Shown: positions 10,191-19,942, numbered from the stretch's first letter. The stretch: 64,000 bases of DNA from Desulfatiglandales bacterium (GCA_963667015.2 CAXXJJ010000001.1:1344001-1408000), one strand, 5' to 3'. Notes: a model not told the origin generated them from the sequence alone. Translations and numbers: made by a program.

Positions 10191-10878
10191 CTTGATACTT
10201 GGTCCTTGATACTGGATATTGGTTTAATTATTGATACTTGGTGCACCGAAAAATTCATAGAGATCTTCGTATGGTTACTGGATAGTGGCTTTTCGATACC
10301 AGATTAAAAATATATCTTACCTTACTATCAAGCGTTTCATTATTTTATTTAAATATGTGTAATCATGTTCAGAAAACAAAATGAGAGATAATAATTATAC
10401 TGGTCTTTATCGGCAAGCGTATGGTGAAAAAGCTAAGTAGCCAGATGAGTAATTTGATGATGAGTTATACAGTACTTTTATTAAGCCAAAAGCCCAAATT
10501 TAAGGAGTTGTTAATTGAACTAAAGAGAATTTAATTAAAGCTTAAAAGGGTTCACAATGGTGTCTCTAAGGCTTGATCTTGATGTTAGTTGCATAAACAT
10601 GAGATGTACAAATTGATTCCAACGATCAAATGATCTTGCCTTTCGGCCAGTTCCATGTCGTTTTTCAAGGGTTGAAAAATCATGTCTCGGAATAATTTTA
10701 AGCATGCTATTAAAAAGTGTGTTACTATGTGCCATGGTTCGGAATTTCCTTTCTGTTCAATGCGTTATGGATAAACACATTATAGCAGATCATAGGAAAT
10801 TTCGGACCGTTTTTTATTTCTTAACCGAACAGAAATGATCTAGTAACCAAATACAAGAATCCAGCGTCCAGTATCTAG
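10191..10878. repeat. Heptamer-periodic imperfect inverted repeat bracketing the intergenic spacer (arms 10191-10226 and 10844-10878)
   Basis: CTTGATACTTGGTCCTTGATACTGGATATTGGTT versus AACCAAATACAAGAATCCAGCGTCCAGTATCTAG. Confidence 0.6.
10535..10837 (-). mobile_element. IS4-family remnant (DUF4372-type transposase N-terminus plus left end)
   Basis: 'MAHSNTLFNSMLKIIPRHDF...FDRWNQFVHLMFMQLTSRSSLRD' truncated at 66 aa; end-like sequence CATTTCTGTTCGGTTAA at 10837-10821. Confidence 0.75.
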
Positions 10879-12398
10879 CAAAACTCATCCAGCTTTTTAT
10901 TTGGGTCTCCTATGACATCAATTACAATTTCCTTAAAATACCCCAGAAATCTTTTAATAGTCATTTCATCATATACATCAGCTCTATATATCATTGAACC
11001 AACTATTTTATTGGGGCTTTCATGGAATTCAATAGCACATGAGGTTAGATAACCTTGACAACCATGGCGTACACCCGGAGGCTCAACGGGTGTTTTTTTG
11101 ATGTTTGAATTTTCCAGAGACGTATCATCACTTACAGTTAAGATACTAATACCCGGGGCATTAAACTTAACACCTTTATCCAGTAACGCATCGCGTACCC
11201 AGTCAAGCGGTATGGGCTGATGAGTCTGAGCATTATTCATAGTATTCGAAACACGTTCAGTTATTTCCTGAAAATCAGGATTGCCTGAAAGGTCTGTTTT
11301 ATAGGCAATCTCCGACGCAAAATCACCAATCACATTCATTAAACCAGAATTCAAACGCCCTGTCTGAAGAGACACTACTACCGGATCTTCCTGTCCGGTC
11401 ATTCTCCAGATTGCTATTTTATATGCTGAGAGCAAGATGCAAAAAAGCGTTTTTCTAAAATCCGCTGCTAGTTTATTAATGGCTTGAGTTGTATCCGAAT
11501 CAAGTTCAATTATCTCCTCAGCGCTTTCTCCAACAGGTGCTCTATTCGCTAATGGACTATTATCAGACAACAGACCTGTAAAAGGCGTTGAGCGGAGTAA
11601 CTCTTTCCAGTAATTTAAATATTCAACTCCTCCTGGGCTATTTTTCCATGTCTCAAGGGATGACAAATAATCTAAGTATCGATACTTGAGCGGGCGTACT
11701 CTTGGGGGCGTACTTGTTAGAACAGCATTATAATATGCTAAAATCTCCTGAAAAAAAATACCAGTAGAAATCATATCACCAATAGCATGGTGCAGAGATA
11801 CTCCCAATATATACTCATCATAAGAAATTCTGATAAGGAACACTCGATATAATGGGCCTTTAAGATCATATTTTTCCCAGATCAATTCATTTGCTATGTT
11901 GCTTACTTCCTTTTCTCTTTGTTCCGGTGTTTTACCTTTAACTGTGATTTCCTTAAATGCGGGTGACTGTTTTGGCTGCTTTACCAGGTATAAATCATCA
12001 GTGTTCTTTTCAATCGAATAGTTCAATACCTCATGGCGGTTAAGCAATGCCGAAATAGCTTTTTCAAGAGCATCAGCATAGAACTCACCTTTCTGCCTTA
12101 TAACTGAATAGGTAACATTCGCAGTTGTAATCTCCATAATACCATTTGAGTAATCTTTCCACAGGAATTGATTGGGCAGTAATGCTTTTCCATCTGAAGT
12201 GGAAATCATTTTAAATTGCAGGCGGGAAGGATCGGTGAGTTTTAAATGGTGCAATATTTCTAACTTTTTTTCCTTAATAGATGAGAGGATATCCTGAGTC
12301 ATTGCCCCTTTCTGAGCTCGATACCCCAACTCCCCATCTTTGAGGTACAAATGGACACCTCTAGCAATGCAGTCTTCAAGAAATGCTTCTATTTTCAT
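10875..12398 (-). CDS. Stand-alone condensation domain with N-terminal TubC_N-type beta-hairpin docking domain
   Basis: N-term 'FLEDCIARGVHLYLKDGELGYRAQKGAMTQDILSSIKEKKLEILHHL'; active site 'HHAIGD'; 'RHEVL', 'YRYLDY'. Confidence 0.88.
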   Translation of the reverse strand: MKIEAFLEDCIARGVHLYLKDGELGYRAQKGAMTQDILSSIKEKKLEILHHLKLTDPSRLQFKMISTSDGKALLPNQFLWKDYSNGIMEITTANVTYSVIRQKGEFYADALEKAISALLNRHEVLNYSIEKNTDDLYLVKQPKQSPAFKEITVKGKTPEQREKEVSNIANELIWEKYDLKGPLYRVFLIRISYDEYILGVSLHHAIGDMISTGIFFQEILAYYNAVLTSTPPRVRPLKYRYLDYLSSLETWKNSPGGVEYLNYWKELLRSTPFTGLLSDNSPLANRAPVGESAEEIIELDSDTTQAINKLAADFRKTLFCILLSAYKIAIWRMTGQEDPVVVSLQTGRLNSGLMNVIGDFASEIAYKTDLSGNPDFQEITERVSNTMNNAQTHQPIPLDWVRDALLDKGVKFNAPGISILTVSDDTSLENSNIKKTPVEPPGVRHGCQGYLTSCAIEFHESPNKIVGSMIYRADVYDEMTIKRFLGYFKEIVIDVIGDPNKKLDEFC

Positions 12399-12500
12399 TT
12401 AAAAATATCTCTTATCGTTGTTTAGGATTTTTAAGATTATTTGTTACTTAGTGTTGTATTACAAATGTTAAGCGACATTTGAAAAAAGTCGTTATGACCA

Positions 12501-12575
12501 ACCACGGAGAACACGGAGTACTCAGAGATTTTATCTTCTAAGTTTTTACTCCGTGCTCCCTGCGATCTCTGCGGT
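12501..12575. repeat. 9-nt periodic hairpin element
   Basis: ACCACGGAGAACACGGAGTACTCAGAG ... CTCCGTGCTCCCTGCGATCTCTGCGGT; a further right-arm copy at about 14285-14305. Confidence 0.7.
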
Positions 12576-12673
12576 GATAAAAAATGCTATTGTATTCCTA
12601 ATATAATCAGGGGCATACTAAACGGCGAACTACGTTAAATTTGTTATGAATTAAAGCAAGTGATATGCAAATG

Positions 12674-12973
12674 CTATATCTGAATTCCATTTTTTAATAT
12701 TTCTTTTAAAAACCCGCTTTCATCATGGCTTTTATCTAATATAATGGGTTCGATTCTGTCGTCAACTTCTCTTCTTAATTTCCATAACAAAGGTCTGGTT
12801 GAAAAGTAATCTCCTTCTATTTTATCAACTATGATTGCAACATCTATATCGCTGTCTTCTCTATTATTCCCTTTTGCATAGGAACCGAACAGAACCATCT
12901 GATCAAACAGCATGTTTTTTAAAAGCAGTTTTTTATATATTTTAAGTTTTTTTATAGCCTCTGTTTTATCCAT
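12674..12973 (-). CDS. Minimal nucleotidyltransferase (MNT) antitoxin
   Basis: 'LFGSYAKG...SDIDVAII'. Confidence 0.9.
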   Translation of the reverse strand: MDKTEAIKKLKIYKKLLLKNMLFDQMVLFGSYAKGNNREDSDIDVAIIVDKIEGDYFSTRPLLWKLRREVDDRIEPIILDKSHDESGFLKEILKNGIQI

Positions 12974-13338
12974 ATCTGAAGATCCCTGGTTTTATTTAAA
13001 ATATCTATACATTTTTCATCGGTTAAGGTTTTCAGCAGTTCTTCTCTATGAACCGGATACCTGCATTCGATATTCAGCGGTTCGAGCAGGTCCAGGAATT
13101 CTTTTTGATTTTCTGAAAAATGTTCATAAACTTCTGCTTTTTTTGCGATATGTGAAAGGCTGTGGGAGTATGGTGGTGTGTCAGCATGTATTTTTACAAA
13201 ATAGGCTTTAAGGATTTTTTCGATTGCCTGATGTGCCATGAAACCGACATAAAGATATCGTTTGCTTTTCAGCATTGCTTCAGCAGTTTCCAGGTCATAC
13301 TCTGACAATTCTTTCCAATAATTTACTTGGCTTGACAT
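12952..13338 (-). CDS. HEPN domain protein (toxin of HEPN-MNT pair)
   Basis: 'YDLETAEAML...FMAHQAIEKILKA...PPYSHSL...ECRYP'; overlaps MNT. Confidence 0.88.
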   Translation of the reverse strand: MSSQVNYWKELSEYDLETAEAMLKSKRYLYVGFMAHQAIEKILKAYFVKIHADTPPYSHSLSHIAKKAEVYEHFSENQKEFLDLLEPLNIECRYPVHREELLKTLTDEKCIDILNKTRDLQIWIKQRL

Positions 13339-13554
13339 TTCTCCTCGCGATGCATCATTCTAAAGCAAACAAATATCATTTTAAAAGGCTTAAATCCATT
13401 ATTCCAATTTATTTGAGCAATGAGGATATAATATAGTTAAATTAGACGAATTTCTCAAATTATTCTTTGAGATAATGGTTAAATATATTTTAAAACTTGC
13501 ATGCCAGCTTAACTGTTTCTTTTAAGTTGTTTTACAAGCTTTTAGCAGCAATGC

Positions 13555-13974
13555 CTAAAGTAGCTTGGAGGCTATTCCAAGTTTGCGTGCTGCTCTGGAA
13601 AGTTGCTTGTCAGCAGTTATTATCTCAAGATTATTAATAGATGCTGCTGCAAGGTGAAGCGAATCCAGTGTTGCAAGCGGAATATCCTTACCTGATAACC
13701 AACTAAATGCAAGGTTATAGCAGTCAGTATCTATAACCACTTTTTTATAAAGTAACTGATGTAAATGATATTTAAATTCAGTGAGTATCTTATTTGATGA
13801 ATCAATTGAAAGTTGCCCTTCTCTTACTTTTCTGGCTAATGCAGAAGCAAGTTCCACTTCTGTGAGAGGTGATATTACTGGTGTACCAGCCTGAATTATC
13901 ATTTTTTCAGCCTTTGTGCTTATTGGTTCAGGACAATAATAGGCAACAAGAACACTTGTATCAATGTATGGCAT
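13555..13974 (-). CDS. VapC-family PIN domain toxin
   Basis: 'YIDTSVLV', 'TEVELASAL', 'TLDSLHLAAA', 'ITADKQL'. Confidence 0.9.
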   Translation of the reverse strand: MPYIDTSVLVAYYCPEPISTKAEKMIIQAGTPVISPLTEVELASALARKVREGQLSIDSSNKILTEFKYHLHQLLYKKVVIDTDCYNLAFSWLSGKDIPLATLDSLHLAAASINNLEIITADKQLSRAARKLGIASKLL

Positions 13975-14207
13975 TAAAAGCGTTCTTCTTTCCTGGCATC
14001 AATAACCGATTGACTTATTGGTTTTCCATGGATCTTAATTGATGATCGAAATTCTTTAAGGTTCGGGAGCTTATTATCATTATGATGAGAAATAATTTTG
14101 GCGATAGATTTGCCTCGTCGTTTTATAATTATTTCTTCACCTGCCTCAACTTTATCCAGCAGAGAGCTTAGATTGGATCTTGCGTCCCTCACATTTATCT
14201 CCAGCAT
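13974..14207 (-). CDS. Phd/YefM-family antitoxin
   Basis: 'INVRDARSNLSSLLDKVEAGEEIIIKRRGK'; stop/start overlap with the PIN gene. Confidence 0.9.
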   Translation of the reverse strand: MLEINVRDARSNLSSLLDKVEAGEEIIIKRRGKSIAKIISHHNDNKLPNLKEFRSSIKIHGKPISQSVIDARKEERF

Positions 14208-14452
14208 ATTGACACCTCTTTCTTTATTTTTGTGTACATGAGTAGGGTACGCTTCAATGTGGGAAATGTCAAATATTATTATGCCCTCCGCGTTCTCAGT
14301 GGTGATATTAAAAGCTAATCAATATATACTTAGGATATCGACAAATTTGTTGATGGTCTGAAGGAAGTCTTCGAAGATATGAAACCATGATATCTCCCTC
14401 AATCTGAAGGTCTACCTGTTGCCTGCCCCTATTGTGGAAGCACAAGCAAAAG

Positions 14453-15586
14453 AAGGCAAATGGGTGTCAGGTCTTCACAATTCAAGGCAAAAGGCAAATG
14501 GGTGTCAGGTCTTCAAGGCAAATGGGTGTCAGGTCTTCACAATTCACGCATTTAATCTTTTTACAATCTTTTTTAATTTTTTTCCAAGTTTTTTATCATT
14601 TTCAATCCGCTGCAATATGCGCCTGCATGACTGTGAAACACCAGTTCCCCCAATTCCAAATTGATCACCTATTTCCTTTAATCTCTTTCCAGTATATCTC
14701 TTTATCAAATAAATTTTAATTTTTCGCGCTAATACCGGATCGCCACTGAAGTTATTTACAACTTCTTTATCTATTTCATCTGGCGATACTTTTTTTGCCA
14801 GTTCTCTTAATGCCGGAATTTCTCTATCTACCTTTTTCCCTGAAAGATATTTATCTCTTATTTTATTTATAAATTCAGCCTGTCCTAGGATGGCTGACCC
14901 TGTTACTTCTTCCAATGGACTGCTATATTCAGTATTAAGCAACGAGTTAACAAATTTCTGATATAACCTCTCAGCCGATGATTTTGTTTTACCGAAATAT
15001 CCATGTATAAATTCAGTATGAAGCCATTCAGTTTTTTTCTTCGCTCCAATATAATATGGATAACTTGACCATTCATACTTTTCCGGTAGTTCAACTATTC
15101 CTGCTCTTATAGGATTTAAATGGATATAGCGGGATAATTCTTTTGCATATTCATCCTTTTCAACAAGTATTGCTTTATAACGCCCCTGAAAAAGGTGGCC
15201 GGCTCTACCACGTTTTTTATTAAAATAGTTGGTATAGGCTCCATTGATATGAAGCATAATTTGTGGAAGATTACCTGAAGGTGTTTCCATTAAAAGATGA
15301 TAATGATTATCCATTAGACAGTATAGATGTATAATAGCATTATATCTTTCTGTGGCCGATTCAAGGTATTCAAGAAACTTCTCTCTATCCCTTTTACTTT
15401 TAAAAACTGGTTTTTGTTCATTACCACGTGAAGTAATGTGATAGAAGGCACCTGGATAAGTAATTCGTAAAGGACGGGCCATATTTTCCTCAATTTAATT
15501 TGCAATTGAGGAAGGTTAACTCATTACTGATGGCATGTCAATAGTGAAGGCCTGACACCGTTTGACACCGTTTGACACCGTTTGAG
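14453..15586 (-). mobile_element. RAYT/Y1 transposase element bounded by inverted and tandem repeats
   Basis: Three copies of AAGGCAAATGGGTGTCAGGTCTTCA (14453, 14491, 14515); inverted partner AATAGTGAAGGCCTGACACC (15540-15559) followed by tandem GTTTGACACC units. Confidence 0.75.
14544..15482 (-). CDS. REP-associated tyrosine (HUH/Y1) transposase with C-terminal HTH
   Basis: 'MARPLRITYPGAFYHITSRGN', HUH 'YCLMDNHYHLL', 'GHLFQGRY', 'YIHLNP', 'YEWSSY'. Confidence 0.92.
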   Translation of the reverse strand: MARPLRITYPGAFYHITSRGNEQKPVFKSKRDREKFLEYLESATERYNAIIHLYCLMDNHYHLLMETPSGNLPQIMLHINGAYTNYFNKKRGRAGHLFQGRYKAILVEKDEYAKELSRYIHLNPIRAGIVELPEKYEWSSYPYYIGAKKKTEWLHTEFIHGYFGKTKSSAERLYQKFVNSLLNTEYSSPLEEVTGSAILGQAEFINKIRDKYLSGKKVDREIPALRELAKKVSPDEIDKEVVNNFSGDPVLARKIKIYLIKRYTGKRLKEIGDQFGIGGTGVSQSCRRILQRIENDKKLGKKLKKIVKRLNA

Positions 15587-15721
15587 ACAGGTCCATTCTT
15601 TAGATAACTCTATAGATAATCGTCTCCGGCTCCAGGATGGGTGAGCCTTGATAAATCGTTGGATAAAGCTTATATCCTCTAAAGTAAGCTTTCTGCCTTG
15701 GACTGTTATGGTATTTCCCAT
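15587..15721 (-). pseudogene. N-terminal fragment of a DUF4338-like protein, truncated at the RAYT element
   Basis: 'QGRKLTLEDISFIQRFIKAHPSWSRRRLSIELSKEW' then reads into repeat DNA. Confidence 0.55.
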
Positions 15722-15811
15722 GACTAAAAAATATCAGGGAAATAGACTGGAGTCCAGTGCTTTTTCATTTTTTATAAAAAAAACTTCTTAAGACAGCTTA
15801 ACTGTTTCTCA

Positions 15812-17188
15812 TTATTGTTTTCGAAACGCCAGAGTCCCAAGCATCAAACCCCTAAAACCTGTTCCAGGCTCTTGAAAAAAACCAATTGAATAATGCTGTG
15901 TATCAGAACATACACGAAGAACTCCTTTTTCATCTTTTTGCATCACGATGTCCATCGGCGGCATGTTTTTCATTTGATAAGTGCAAATAACCGGTTCACC
16001 TTCACATGCGACAATAATTTTCTGATCATGAGGACCGATATAGACACCGACTAAATCATCAAATGATGTTTCAAATGGCACTTCCGGTGCTGTTGGCATT
16101 GGTTGCCCCCTCAACATCCCAAAGATATGGTTGATAATTGAATCGCGAATGAACGGTATCCAAGTATTAATAGCGATTACCAGTGCTATATTACTACGCG
16201 GATCAAAACGCAGACCGCAGGTCTGTCCTCGTGCCGAACCATTGTGCCCCAAAAGCCAGCCGCGGTAAAAGGCACAACCAACACCAAAGGCTACTGGGAG
16301 TTGTTCATGCTTTAAGCTCCCATATGTTTGTGGTATTTTTATAACCTGTTTTTGGACAAACTCTATGGCCGTCTCTGATATTTCTGATGGAGGTTTGACG
16401 ATACCACAGATAGTGGAAGCTAATGTCAATAGATCCCTAATATTCAAAGTAAGGCTGTTCAATGATGGGTTCCAGAATTCCGAAAAAGGGATAGGCCTCA
16501 AGGGCTCAAACTGCATTATTTCAGGATTAAATTTATGATCGATTGCGTAAGCTTCGTCACCTCTCTGATCCATTTTAATGGACCCGGTTATAAGTTTTAA
16601 GGGCCTTATAATCATTTCATTATATAGATCAATAATATTACTACCTGTTATACGTTGAATAATTTCACCCAATATGGCATATTCAGAGTGTTCATAGCTG
16701 AACACGGTTCCAGGCTTAAAAAGTTGAGGTGTTGAGTTAAAAAACTCCAAAAAATTATCCCATGTATAGTAATAAGCCACACTTGGATCCATTATATTTA
16801 ATCCCTGGTAACCGCTTGTATGTGAGAGCAGGTGCCATATTTCAATTTTTTTACCTCTTTCTGTGCCGCGTAATTCTTCAAGATACTTTTCTATTGGATC
16901 ATCCGGATCAAGCTTACCGGCTTCAATCAATTCCGCGGCAACCATTGCTGTCAGCAATTTGGAGATGCAGCCCAATTGAAAATGTGTTTCTTCATTCATG
17001 GGTATCTGGCTGTCAATTGATAATGTGCCGACGTTGGCAGCCAACTTATTCTTTCCGATGCTCAACGCGAGAGAAATACCTGGAACGCCTGTTTGTTCTT
17101 TTATTGTTTCCAAAAGATTACGCAACTGTTTTCGCAAACTATTCATTACAGTATTAAGATCTTGTGGCTTTTGATGTGGAGTATTCAT
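15812..17188 (-). CDS. Beta-lactamase/AmpC-fold serine-hydrolase homolog with Cys at the nucleophile position
   Basis: 'HFQLGCISK' (SxxK to CxxK), 'LLSHTSG', 'PGTVFSYEHSEY', 'GHNGS'; RBS AGGAG; no signal peptide. Confidence 0.85.
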   Translation of the reverse strand: MNTPHQKPQDLNTVMNSLRKQLRNLLETIKEQTGVPGISLALSIGKNKLAANVGTLSIDSQIPMNEETHFQLGCISKLLTAMVAAELIEAGKLDPDDPIEKYLEELRGTERGKKIEIWHLLSHTSGYQGLNIMDPSVAYYYTWDNFLEFFNSTPQLFKPGTVFSYEHSEYAILGEIIQRITGSNIIDLYNEMIIRPLKLITGSIKMDQRGDEAYAIDHKFNPEIMQFEPLRPIPFSEFWNPSLNSLTLNIRDLLTLASTICGIVKPPSEISETAIEFVQKQVIKIPQTYGSLKHEQLPVAFGVGCAFYRGWLLGHNGSARGQTCGLRFDPRSNIALVIAINTWIPFIRDSIINHIFGMLRGQPMPTAPEVPFETSFDDLVGVYIGPHDQKIIVACEGEPVICTYQMKNMPPMDIVMQKDEKGVLRVCSDTQHYSIGFFQEPGTGFRGLMLGTLAFRKQ

Positions 17189-17656
17189 GACATATCTCCT
17201 GATTTTTTCTTAATTTATACGAATGTTGAGAAGCGATGGTTGGTGCTATAAATGTTTATCTATCAAGAAGTGAGCTGATACTGGTTAATAGATAGAACAA
17301 ATGGTAAATATCTGATTAGCATGTAGTCGTTTGCATGGAATTACATCCAGCGCGGCATCGTTTTTGGCGTTACCAAAAATTGCCTCCTGAGAGCCCCGTC
17401 CATTGTGGAAAAGGACTACGTTTTTGGGTGATTTTGTCTTGTTTGTGACGATGACTTTGTAATCGAAATTGTAATCACGCGGCTCAAATAGATGTAATTG
17501 CAGGGGGCCTTTGTATTGCTTTTTGATTTTTCTCCTTATGAAGATTAATCGGTACTTACTGTCCTATGATGCTGGTTTCCAGTTGGTTTCAAAATAAGAC
17601 CATCCTTTTTCAATAGTACGCCAGCGTTTTCTGATTTCAACCATGCTTTTCAATTT

Positions 17657-19215
17657 GAGCCTGTTCAACACTTATATGATTAATAATAACAGCTTGTTAC
17701 ATGGCTAAGATAATAAAGTTAACCCAAAAATATAGCATTCTAGCGTGTTAACTTCATCAAAAGCCACTTTTTAAGAAAAGTTAACCCAAAAAAGTGGTGT
17801 TTCACGGCTTAAGTTAACCCAAAGAATAATGATCTCCAGCTCTTTGAAAACATGGATAAATTAAAGATACTCCTTTGATTACAATAGGTTCATACTCTTT
17901 TTCAATATTGAACACCAGTATTGAACAGAAGGAGTATGATTATGGTTCATTTTCAGCTATCTCTACCCGGTCTAGCCAGGGATTTTAATGAACTAACCGA
18001 GCAAGAGAAGGAGTTTGTAGAGTACTTTATCACTATCGACCTTGAATGTATCACTCCGGTTTTAAACTGTTACGAAGGCATAGGTCCCAAAGGTTATGGC
18101 ACAGCTTTAATACTGGCCCGTATTATTAAAGTCAAAGAACGTATTCTCTCAGATCGGCAGTTAGCAGCGGCATTAAAGAAGAATGACTTATACCGTTTTA
18201 TTACTGGGAATACGCAACCTTCTCATAATACATTTAATACCTTAAGGAGGAGAATCGGTCCGGCAGGTTTCATTGAAATACATAAACGTTTTGTTAAAAA
18301 GGCTAACAGTCTGACCCTGCTTGAACCTGAAATCAAGGGGCTTCCTAAAAATAGAAAGCAGGGAATCATTCTTGTAGCAGACTCGACTTTCCTGATCACT
18401 GCAGGATCAACTAGAGGAGAAAAGGATGAACAGGGGCGGTGGCTATTTAAAGATCCAACTGTTGCCTTTTCAGGAAAAGGGCATCATAAACATAAATACC
18501 CTGTGGGACATAAAGCCCATAGTCTCCGGACTGTAAGCGGTGTACCTCTTGTAACCCTTCTATCACCAGCTAACGAATCGGATCAGGATTATACTATCCC
18601 TTTGATCGAAGAATTTAAAACTCGCTATCCTTATCTTCAAGCCTCCTATATCATCTTGGATAGAGGATATGATGCTGAAGAAATCCATCATGATATTTAT
18701 GAGTTCTTTGATATTATCCCCGTCATTATAAGAAAGAAGATGGTCTATCCGAAAGGTTTTACCAGTGAGGGGTATCCTGTATGCCCCTTTGGACTGCCAA
18801 TGAAAAGACGAGGGATTGAATACAAACAAAAAAGAACGAAATATGCCTGTTTTAAATCATGTCAGAAAAATGGACAGCTTTTAATGTTTCAGTGTGAATA
18901 TATCAAAGAGCAATACAAGCACGGTTATACTTGTCGAACCTATTTTACTGATGGGTATAGAAAATATGGACCTGCATTACCTTACAGTTTGATTTATAAA
19001 AAGTTAAAACCTTTAAGAACCGGCATTGAGAGATCCTTTGCCATCATCAAGGAAAACAGATATCGCATGGAAACAAGCAATTTCTTTAAAGGTATTGATA
19101 ATGTAACTATCCATGCCATAGAACATGACATCGCTCTGACACAAGATATCATTTTTGATAACATCAAAACCGGAAAAATTAGCCCAGTTTTAAATTTGAA
19201 TTATTGAACAGGCTC
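17657..19215 (+). mobile_element. Apparently intact DDE insertion sequence (IS5/IS1182-like; family not resolved)
   Basis: Perfect 12-bp TIRs GAGCCTGTTCAA (17657-17668) and TTGAACAGGCTC (19204-19215); ATTT on both flanks. Confidence 0.85.
17921..19207 (+). CDS. DDE transposase (likely start 17942)
   Basis: 'PSHNTFNTLRRR', 'VADST', 'ILDRGYD', 'RTGIERSF'; RBS AAGGAG before 17942. Confidence 0.85.
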   Translation: MNRRSMIMVHFQLSLPGLARDFNELTEQEKEFVEYFITIDLECITPVLNCYEGIGPKGYGTALILARIIKVKERILSDRQLAAALKKNDLYRFITGNTQPSHNTFNTLRRRIGPAGFIEIHKRFVKKANSLTLLEPEIKGLPKNRKQGIILVADSTFLITAGSTRGEKDEQGRWLFKDPTVAFSGKGHHKHKYPVGHKAHSLRTVSGVPLVTLLSPANESDQDYTIPLIEEFKTRYPYLQASYIILDRGYDAEEIHHDIYEFFDIIPVIIRKKMVYPKGFTSEGYPVCPFGLPMKRRGIEYKQKRTKYACFKSCQKNGQLLMFQCEYIKEQYKHGYTCRTYFTDGYRKYGPALPYSLIYKKLKPLRTGIERSFAIIKENRYRMETSNFFKGIDNVTIHAIEHDIALTQDIIFDNIKTGKISPVLNLNY

Positions 19216-19727
19216 TATTTAGGAAACCTTTGAAATGGGACGGATGTGGTAAATTCTATGTGGTTGGCCCCATAATATTCAGTGTTTTATCGCTGAAAAA
19301 TGCTGAGTCCATGTGTGATTCGAACACAACGTTCTTGAGTTCTTGTTTTGCTTGTCTGAAGCAGTCTAGCATAAACTGGTCGGTGCCATTGGAGTCATGG
19401 ACATTTCCGGGACGATGATATCCATCGAAGAATTGATTTGTTTGAGCCACAGTACAAAACAAAGGATAATAGCTTCTCGCACCCTTTTTCTTCTTGTTGA
19501 AACCAACAGCGGTGCCTTCGGTATGTCTCTTGGTGGATTGAACTGAACTATCAAAGTCAAAGGTTAAACGACCTAGAGATTCTTCCTTAAGTCCTTCTAT
19601 GACCATGGCACGTGATAGCTTTCGAACCTTTTTAACACTGTCAGCTTCGACCTGGGAAAGGGGACGGGAAATGGTAGAGACATCGGGTAACGAGAGTAAG
19701 ATGAATATACCTAAGATTCGAGTATAT

Positions 19728-19922
19728 CTACAAATCATCTTGTCTGCTTTTGAACCAGTGTCGTATTGAATTAACCACATATATTATCGCAAAAAAAATC
19801 GCCCCAGTTCCTAGAAGGCGAACAGTATTCATATTCTCTGAGCCTCTCGCTATATTTATCAGCACTATAGTGCAGAAAAATATAGCGGCACTAATGATAG
19901 TTTTTTTAAAGATTGTGTTCAT
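19728..19922 (-). CDS. Small two-helix membrane protein, candidate immunity protein
   Basis: 64 aa with two hydrophobic segments, directly downstream of the precursor peptide. Confidence 0.55.
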   Translation of the reverse strand: MNTIFKKTIISAAIFFCTIVLINIARGSENMNTVRLLGTGAIFFAIIYVVNSIRHWFKSRQDDL

Positions 19923-19942
19923 TTTTTTTACTCTTTTTTTTT

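Larger units (their letters stand above)
17300..19700 (-). mobile_element. Degraded IS1380-family transposase, split into 17300-17656 and 19216-19700 by a second IS
   Basis: 'LTFDFDSSVQST..EGTAVGFNKKKKGARSYYPL..HRPGNVHDSNG'; reading PFQRFP|KLKSMV rejoins across the insert; internal stops; outer boundaries approximate. Confidence 0.75.

Noticed and set aside
12501..14305. Integron attC cassette array
   Set aside because: No integron integrase in the window and no consistent RYYYAAC/GTTRRRY core sites seen; kept only as an analogy for the repeat family.
14453..14545. Three 25-bp direct repeats as a mini CRISPR array
   Set aside because: Spacers are 0-13 nt, there are no cas genes, and the repeats form one end of the RAYT element.
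15524..15721. DUF4338/DruA-like ORF as a Druantia defence system
   Set aside because: Only about 45 N-terminal codons remain and there are no partner genes.
15812..17188. Antibiotic-resistance beta-lactamase
   Set aside because: No signal peptide, altered catalytic motifs and biosynthetic context.
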